From Acidobacteriota bacterium (GTDB lineage Bacteria > Acidobacteriota > Thermoanaerobaculia > Multivoradales > JAHEKO01), in contig JADFQD010000004.1 of assembly GCA_022561975.1 (NCBI GenBank), positions 1 through 58,451 on the forward strand: a DNA stretch of 58,451 bases. Reading direction: 5' to 3'. The notes beneath the pieces are model-generated. The model searched no databases. It saw only the letters and a list, made by a program, of their open reading frames with translations, and was not told where the DNA came from. Both the position numbers and the translations under genes were made by a program. Below are positions 52,871-58,451 of the stretch, piece by piece. The stretch's first letter is position 1, and every line of letters begins with the position of its first letter.

Positions 52871-55018
52871 ATGGAGATGAAGCGACGCCGGGGCTCACTC
52901 CGGACGGCGTTCGCCTACCTGGCCGCCGTGGTCCTGTCCTGGCCGCTCGAGTCAACGATTATCGTCCGCGATCCGGGAGGCCTCACGGCCGAGACCGCCG
53001 CGCTCATCCTGAGCGGCCAGCAGGGTGGCGACCTGGCCATAGAGGCGATCGCGGCGCCTCTGGCCTGGGCGAGCGGTTCCGTAACGGTGGGGTTGTTCGT
53101 TGAGGTCAACGGCTGCGATCTGATCTCCGGACAGCAGGAGGAGGAGCTTCGAGTCGAAATCCTCGTCTACGCCATCGCAGGTGAGGCCAACGTGCGCGGC
53201 TACGTCCTGCAGGCCTTCGAACTGGACCTCGGCCGGTACGGCGAGGCCTTGGCCGCGGGGGGTTTCAAGTTCAACGGGCAGCTGGATCTGCCGCCGGGAG
53301 ATTATTCGTTAGCGATCATGGTTCGGAGCCCAGGAGAGGCGACGCAGAGTCTGGGCCTGCGCCGCGTCGCGCTCTCGGTGCCAACACCGGACACCCAACC
53401 GGTGCTCCTTCAGCCTCGTTTCTCGGTGGCGGAAGGACTTTGGATCAATGGTTTTCAGGTTCTCGCGGCAGCGAAAGAGGGTGGCCTCTCGCGGGCTCGA
53501 CTGCAGGAAGCGGCCCGTTGGTCGGCGGCGAAGCCGCTCCTGCCGATCGGCGGTCGTGTCGAGGTCTTGCTCCCGGTATTCGGCCTGCCAGGATCTTTCC
53601 GGGATATTTCATTCGAGCTCCTCGATGGGCGAGGTCATGTTGTCGGGGAAGCAGAGTTCGAGGTCGAAGGGCCTGCCGAGGCCGCCGCGGGATGGATTGT
53701 TGATCGGGCTGTGCCGGCGTTCTTGACCGGGTCGTTCCAGCTCTCGGGCGAGCCGTCCGGCGTTCCGGCCGGTGAATACGTCATTCGTGCCAAGGCTCGA
53801 GGGCCGGCGGGGGAGCCGATCTACTCACCGGTGCTGCCGGTGATCGTTGCCGCCGAGAGCGACGAGCCGGGGTCGTGGGCCACGGCGAATCGTCGTGAGC
53901 AGGTTCCCGCGCCGATCGGCAACCCCGAGTTGCCGACCCGGACGCGACGCACCAAGGTACAGGCGAAAGACGTCGAACTCTTGAAGCGTCGATATGCGGC
54001 GATTCTGGATCTCAGTACCGGCGACGACCGCGCCGGTGCCGCCAGCGCCCTGCGACTTTTCGAGCAGGAGGCGGTTGCCGAATTCGGCGAGCGAGGCATC
54101 CCTTCTCTGGTCGCAGCCGAGATGGGCCTGATCAAGGCGCTGGGCAAGGAGTCCCCTGACTCGCTGGTGCCGGTCGCTCGACTCCATCACCAGGCCTATC
54201 GGGAACATCGCTCCAGCAGGGCGTTTCTGCTCGCCACCCATGCGCGCAACCTCGCGCTCGCCATTGTCGAACTCTACATCGCCGGTGGTACCACCGAGGA
54301 GTCGGCGCGGTTCATGGTCCTGCGGCACAAAGAATCGCGCGGGTTGGTGGGATCGCGGTTGCTCGCGAGCTTCGGCGGCGATCTGCAGCGAGGCGGACTG
54401 CGCCGATTCAGCGAGCGGCTGTTCCGCCGGGCTCTCGAGTGCGATGACACGAACGAGGCCGCTTTGCTCGGTATGGGAGCCAGCTTCGAGAAGTACAGCG
54501 AGTACGCGGAGGCGGTGAGCTACTTCGAGAGGCTGGTTGCGGCGCAGCCGCAAAGTGGTGAAGGCCGCTTGCGTCTGGGAATCAACCAGAGGCGATTGGG
54601 TCGAAAGGCCAAAGCCCGAAAGCAGCTGGAACGGGTCATCAAGGGCAACTACCTACGCTGGGTGCAGTCGCTGGCCTATCAAGAGCTCGCCCAGATGGAT
54701 CTCGAGGCCGGAGATTTGAAACGGTCCGCGGATCTTCTCGAGCGGGGCTTGGAGCGCTTTCCGAACGAACCGAAGTTCTATCTGCAGCTGGCCTACCTGC
54801 GCAACGCCGCGGGTGAGCCTTGGCGCGCCCAGGCCGAGCTGGATCGGCTGAGCCGGGTGCGAGAGCCGGACTCGGAGGACTCGCCACGCTACACCTACAG
54901 CAACTGGCCTGCCGATGCGCTGGACCGCGCCTGGGACCAGACCGACGAAGACGTCGACTCCCGGCTCGAGGCTCTGGCCGCGGTATTAGCGGCGGCCGCG
55001 GAGGGCTTTGCGCCTTGA
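52871..55018 (+). CDS. Hypothetical secreted protein with C-terminal TPRs
   Basis: Long ORF in operon; TPR-like helices (EAALLGMG, EAVSYFERLV, LAYQELA); N-terminal Ig-like LPPGDYSL segment. Confidence 0.75.
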   Translation: MEMKRRRGSLRTAFAYLAAVVLSWPLESTIIVRDPGGLTAETAALILSGQQGGDLAIEAIAAPLAWASGSVTVGLFVEVNGCDLISGQQEEELRVEILVYAIAGEANVRGYVLQAFELDLGRYGEALAAGGFKFNGQLDLPPGDYSLAIMVRSPGEATQSLGLRRVALSVPTPDTQPVLLQPRFSVAEGLWINGFQVLAAAKEGGLSRARLQEAARWSAAKPLLPIGGRVEVLLPVFGLPGSFRDISFELLDGRGHVVGEAEFEVEGPAEAAAGWIVDRAVPAFLTGSFQLSGEPSGVPAGEYVIRAKARGPAGEPIYSPVLPVIVAAESDEPGSWATANRREQVPAPIGNPELPTRTRRTKVQAKDVELLKRRYAAILDLSTGDDRAGAASALRLFEQEAVAEFGERGIPSLVAAEMGLIKALGKESPDSLVPVARLHHQAYREHRSSRAFLLATHARNLALAIVELYIAGGTTEESARFMVLRHKESRGLVGSRLLASFGGDLQRGGLRRFSERLFRRALECDDTNEAALLGMGASFEKYSEYAEAVSYFERLVAAQPQSGEGRLRLGINQRRLGRKAKARKQLERVIKGNYLRWVQSLAYQELAQMDLEAGDLKRSADLLERGLERFPNEPKFYLQLAYLRNAAGEPWRAQAELDRLSRVREPDSEDSPRYTYSNWPADALDRAWDQTDEDVDSRLEALAAVLAAAAEGFAP

Positions 55019-56229
55019 GCCGCTCCGCTGCGGGCGCTCTAGCGCTGTTTCTGCTGGTTTGCGGGGGTGGGCGTGCGGCGGCCATGGAGGTGGTGATCTC
55101 CCGGCCGGAGCTGGGAGTCCCGATCTTCGGCAAGGTCGACGTGAGGGTCGAGGTCTATCCTGCTTCCGCAGAAGTCGATCGCGTCGAGCTCTTTCTGGAC
55201 GGAGAGTTCATCGGGGCGGCCACCGGCTCATCGCCCTTCGTGATCTCGATCGACGTCGGTGAGGAGAATAGGGCTCATGAGATCCTGGCGGTCGCGTACG
55301 CGGCCTCGGGTGACAGCGTTCACTCGAGTCTGCAGACGCCACCGATTCACGTCGACGGCGAGTTCAAGGTCGAGCTGCAGCAGTTGTACGTGACGCCGGA
55401 GTTCGAGGGCGGCGCTCAGGCTCTGACGCGAGCGGATTTCGAGATCTATGATCGCGATGTTCGCCAGGAGATCGTCACCTTCGAGCGCGGCGATGTACCG
55501 TTCACGGCCGTGCTCTTGGTGGATTCCAGCCGTAGCATGATCGGCGGGCCGCTGCGCACCGCGCTCCACGGCGCCCGGGTCTTTTTCGACGGCATGAAGG
55601 CCCTCGATGAGGCCAAGCTGCTTTTGTTTTCCGATCGGATTCTCTATGAAACCCCGTTTACCAGTTTCTCGAGCGTGCTCTCGCTCGGGCTCTCACAGGT
55701 GAAGGCTGCGGGGGGTACGGCGATCAACGACTATCTCTATCTGGGGATCGAAAGAGTCCAAGCGAGGCAGGGGCGCAGAGTCGTTGTGTTGCTCTCCGAC
55801 GGCATCGACGTGACCAGCGTGCTGCGCATGGAGCAGGTGCGCCAGGCGATTCGCATGAACCAGGCGGTTCTCTACTGGATCGTGCCGCCGTTGGGCGAGG
55901 GCGGTGGCGGCGCCGGACATCGCTCGGCCTGGCGCGATCCCGAGGAGCACGAGAGGCAACGCGAGCTGCTCGCGCAAACCGTGCTCGAAAGCGGCGGCCG
56001 GATCGTCGAACTCGAAAGTCTGGAGCAAACCTCGGGGGCTTTCGAGACCGTGTTGCAGGAGTTGCGGGGCCAGTACGTGCTGGGCTACTACCCTCCGGTG
56101 ACCGGCCGAGCCGGGACCTGGCACCCGACCGAAGTCAGGACCCGAGGCGGCCGGTTGAAGATTCGAAGCCGAGTCGGCTACTATGAGCGTCCTCAGGAAT
56201 TCACGTCCCGGGACTCTCGACAGCCGTGA
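55015..56229 (+). CDS. Ig-like plus VWA domain protein
   Basis: VELFLDG Ig-like domain; VDSSRSM (MIDAS), GGTAIND, LLSDG.D, SGG and QYVLGYY motifs. Start at TTG 55015 (TTGA overlap). Confidence 0.85.
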   Translation: MSRSAAGALALFLLVCGGGRAAAMEVVISRPELGVPIFGKVDVRVEVYPASAEVDRVELFLDGEFIGAATGSSPFVISIDVGEENRAHEILAVAYAASGDSVHSSLQTPPIHVDGEFKVELQQLYVTPEFEGGAQALTRADFEIYDRDVRQEIVTFERGDVPFTAVLLVDSSRSMIGGPLRTALHGARVFFDGMKALDEAKLLLFSDRILYETPFTSFSSVLSLGLSQVKAAGGTAINDYLYLGIERVQARQGRRVVVLLSDGIDVTSVLRMEQVRQAIRMNQAVLYWIVPPLGEGGGGAGHRSAWRDPEEHERQRELLAQTVLESGGRIVELESLEQTSGAFETVLQELRGQYVLGYYPPVTGRAGTWHPTEVRTRGGRLKIRSRVGYYERPQEFTSRDSRQP

Positions 56230-56255
56230 GCCGGGGCGCGACAGGAGAAAGATCG

Positions 56256-57524
56256 ATGAACGCAACAAGCAGGGCGATGCTTTGTGCTTTGGTCGCGTCG
56301 GTGCTTTGCACGGGTGCGCTTTTGGCGGGAGCCGAAGGCCGTATCTCGGGCCGGGTCCTGGACGCCAGCGGTGATCCGATGCAGGGAGTTGAGGTCGTGC
56401 TGGTCAGCCCACAGACCGGAGGAGAGCAGAGCAAGACCACCGACAAGAAGGGCAAGGTGGTTTTTCTGGTCCTCGATGCGACCGCGCGCTACGCGGTCAG
56501 GATCACGAAGGAGGGCTATCAACCGATTCAAGAACGCATCCGTCCGGTCGTCGGAAGCACCCTACGCAAGGAATGGAAGCTGGTACCTGTGTCGCCGTCC
56601 GGTGGCGGGGGTGGGGGAGTCGTGGAGGGCGGAGAGGTTCGCGGCAAGGCGGGTGCCATCAGGCTTTACAACGCCGGCGCTACCGCCAGCAACGAGGGCG
56701 ACCGTGCCACCGCCATCGAAAAGTTCCGAGAGGCGATCGAGGTGGATCCCGGGTTCGTTCCCGGACACCAGGCGCTACTCGGTCTCTACATCCAGGCGCG
56801 CGATCACACCAACGCGCTGGCGGTCGCCGAGAAGTTGCTCGACCTTGCCCCCACCGACACCACGGCCCTCGGGGCTCGCTACGACGCGTTGGTCGAGTTG
56901 CAGCGGAGCGAGGAGGCCGAGGCCGCCCTCGAGGGGATGATTCTGTCGGCTCCCGGGCCGGCCGCCGCCATTCGGCTATTCAATCGAGGAGCCACCTCGC
57001 TTCGAGAGAGCAAGGTCGAGGAGGCGATCCCGGATCTGAAGAGGGCGTTGGCAATGGACCCGAATCTGGCGGTTGCCCGGTCGGCCTTGGCCAAGGTCTA
57101 TCTGAACCGGAAGGAGTATCGGCTGGCGGCTGACAACGCCCGGATTCTCAGCGATTCGAACCCGGAGGATGCGGTGGCCCTATCGATCCTCTACGATGCC
57201 TTCAAGGGTCTCGGAGAAGCGGAGAAGGCCGAAGAGGCGTTCGCCGCCCTGGAGAAGATCAGCCCGGAAAGGGCGGCCGAGGCCTTCTACCGTCAGGGCG
57301 TGGCTCTCCTCGACCAGGCCAGGCACCGAGACGCCCTGGCTTCTTTCGAGAGGGTTCTGGCGTCGTATCCCGGGCACCTGAGGGTCCACTACATGTTGGG
57401 TTTGTGTTACCTGAATACCGGCGATATGGCACTGGCGAAGACTTCTCTCCGGAAGTTCCTGGGGCTCGCCCCGGACGACCGGGACGCCCCGAGTGCCAGA
57501 GAAATGCTCGCCGCCCTGGAGTAG
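56256..57524 (+). CDS. Secreted carboxypeptidase-regulatory-like domain plus TPR protein
   Basis: Signal peptide, GRISGRVLDASGDP..GV.V, TDKKGK and KEGYQP motifs, then multiple TPRs. AGGAG precedes the ATG at 56256. Confidence 0.85.
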   Translation: MNATSRAMLCALVASVLCTGALLAGAEGRISGRVLDASGDPMQGVEVVLVSPQTGGEQSKTTDKKGKVVFLVLDATARYAVRITKEGYQPIQERIRPVVGSTLRKEWKLVPVSPSGGGGGGVVEGGEVRGKAGAIRLYNAGATASNEGDRATAIEKFREAIEVDPGFVPGHQALLGLYIQARDHTNALAVAEKLLDLAPTDTTALGARYDALVELQRSEEAEAALEGMILSAPGPAAAIRLFNRGATSLRESKVEEAIPDLKRALAMDPNLAVARSALAKVYLNRKEYRLAADNARILSDSNPEDAVALSILYDAFKGLGEAEKAEEAFAALEKISPERAAEAFYRQGVALLDQARHRDALASFERVLASYPGHLRVHYMLGLCYLNTGDMALAKTSLRKFLGLAPDDRDAPSAREMLAALE

Positions 57525-57671
57525 TTGCGAAAGAGTCAAAGCTTTGGATTCAAACCCCTGAATAACATTCGGAATCTCGGTCCGGCTTAGAATGTTCGAG
57601 AGGCATGTAAGTGCTTTGTTTTCAGGGCTGTACGTCCAGTTTTTGCGACCCGGAGAAGGTCTCGAAAAAGG

Positions 57672-57687
57672 CGGCATCGGCCTTGCA
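57672..57687 (+). promoter_or_regulatory. Sigma54-type promoter upstream of the terminal ORF
   Basis: CGGCATCGGCCTTGCA gives GG-N10-GC with TTGCA. An AT-rich, IHF-like TAAGTGCTTTGTTTTC lies at 57608-57623. Confidence 0.6.
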
Positions 57688-57697
57688 CATTCCGGTG

Positions 57698-57723
57698 CCA
57701 TTGAGTGAGACCATTGAGTGAGA
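57698..57723 (+). repeat. Exact 13-bp tandem duplication CCATTGAGTGAGA
   Basis: Copies at 57698-57710 and 57711-57723. Confidence 0.8.
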
Positions 57724-57816
57724 GTCGATCAACCGATTTGCAGCCCACAGCTTCGCGGGCTGCCTGTGAAAGAAGCCAAAAGCAATCGACGACCAACAAC
57801 CAAAGGAGTGATGAGT

Positions 57817-58451
57817 ATGTCGAGACGATTTGTCAACGTGGGCCTCGCCCTGCTGCTGGGAGTGGCTCTGACCCTTCCGGCGTTCGCGCAGGGGGTCCAA
57901 ACCGCAACCCTCAACGGGACGGTCAAGGCCAATGACGGCTCGGTGCTTCCCGGCGTTACCGTCACCGCGACCTCCCCGTCCTTGCAGGGCAGTCGCACGG
58001 TCATCAGCGGCGGCACCGGTTCGGGCAAGACGACGCTGCTGAATACCTTGTCCAGCTTCATCCCCGGCGATCAGCGAGTGATCACCATCGAGGATGCTGC
58101 GGAATTGCAATTGCAGCAGGAGCACGTGCTGCGGCTGGAGACGCGCCCAGCCAACATCGAGGGCAAGGGCCGCATCGACGCCACCGATCTGGTCAAGAAC
58201 GCGCTGAGAATGCGACCGGACCGGATCATCATTGGCGAATGCCGCGGCTCTGAGGCGCTTGACATGTTACAGGCGATGAACACCGGCCACGAGGGTTCAA
58301 TGACGACCATTCACGCCAACTCGCCCCGCGACGCCGTCTCCCGACTGGAAACGATGATTGCCATGGGGGGGGTCGAGCTGCCGGTCAAGGCGCTCAGGCA
58401 GCAGTTCGCGGCAGCGGTCGATCTGATCATACAAGTCAACCGCTTGCAGGG
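57817..58451 (+). CDS. Partial chimeric ORF: TonB-dependent-receptor-like N-terminus in frame with a CpaF/TadA ATPase core; runs off the window and is absent from the ORF track
   Basis: [61 protein letters not shown], then [15 protein letters not shown]...TIEDAAEL...[38 protein letters not shown]. Confidence 0.85.
   Translation, partial: MSRRFVNVGLALLLGVALTLPAFAQGVQTATLNGTVKANDGSVLPGVTVTATSPSLQGSRTVISGGTGSGKTTLLNTLSSFIPGDQRVITIEDAAELQLQQEHVLRLETRPANIEGKGRIDATDLVKNALRMRPDRIIIGECRGSEALDMLQAMNTGHEGSMTTIHANSPRDAVSRLETMIAMGGVELPVKALRQQFAAAVDLIIQVNRLQ

Noticed and set aside
1-58451. tRNA, rRNA, transposase, integrase or prophage genes
   Set aside because: None recognised by eye; nearly all sequence is accounted for by the protein genes listed.

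Overview
High-GC bacterial chromosomal window. The lineage is most plausibly Acidobacteriota, inferred from the acidobacterial-type VWA proteins, the TPR/carboxypeptidase-regulatory-domain proteins and the sulfatase-like genes. It is mostly densely packed housekeeping and envelope genes: vapBC, a lipid kinase, lat-pcd lysine catabolism, a GAF-GGDEF cyclase, a moxR-DUF58-batABCD operon, rsmA, ftsK-fmt-rsmB, moaC-namZ-(mobB-like)-serA-ddl, purB-rlpA-kinase, arcA-argF, folate genes, three Thr-type sulfatase-like enzymes and a VWA/TPR cluster. The best candidate for an undescribed system is a sigma54-type promoter followed by a secreted subtilase with ten exact DGFLWS repeats at its C-terminus, then a 70-aa ORF carrying the near-identical motif GFLWTD. 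Other notable items: an in-frame TonB-receptor-N-terminus/CpaF chimera at the window end (probably an assembly join), a 5'-truncated folK-folP fusion, an SCO-CRTAC1 fusion, a kinase with eight Cys pairs, a MobB-like protein with no P-loop, three sigma54-type promoters, many leaderless-type promoters and several REP/MITE-like palindromes. No rRNA, tRNA, CRISPR array or transposase was recognised. All calls come from reading motifs by eye; no database search was run.
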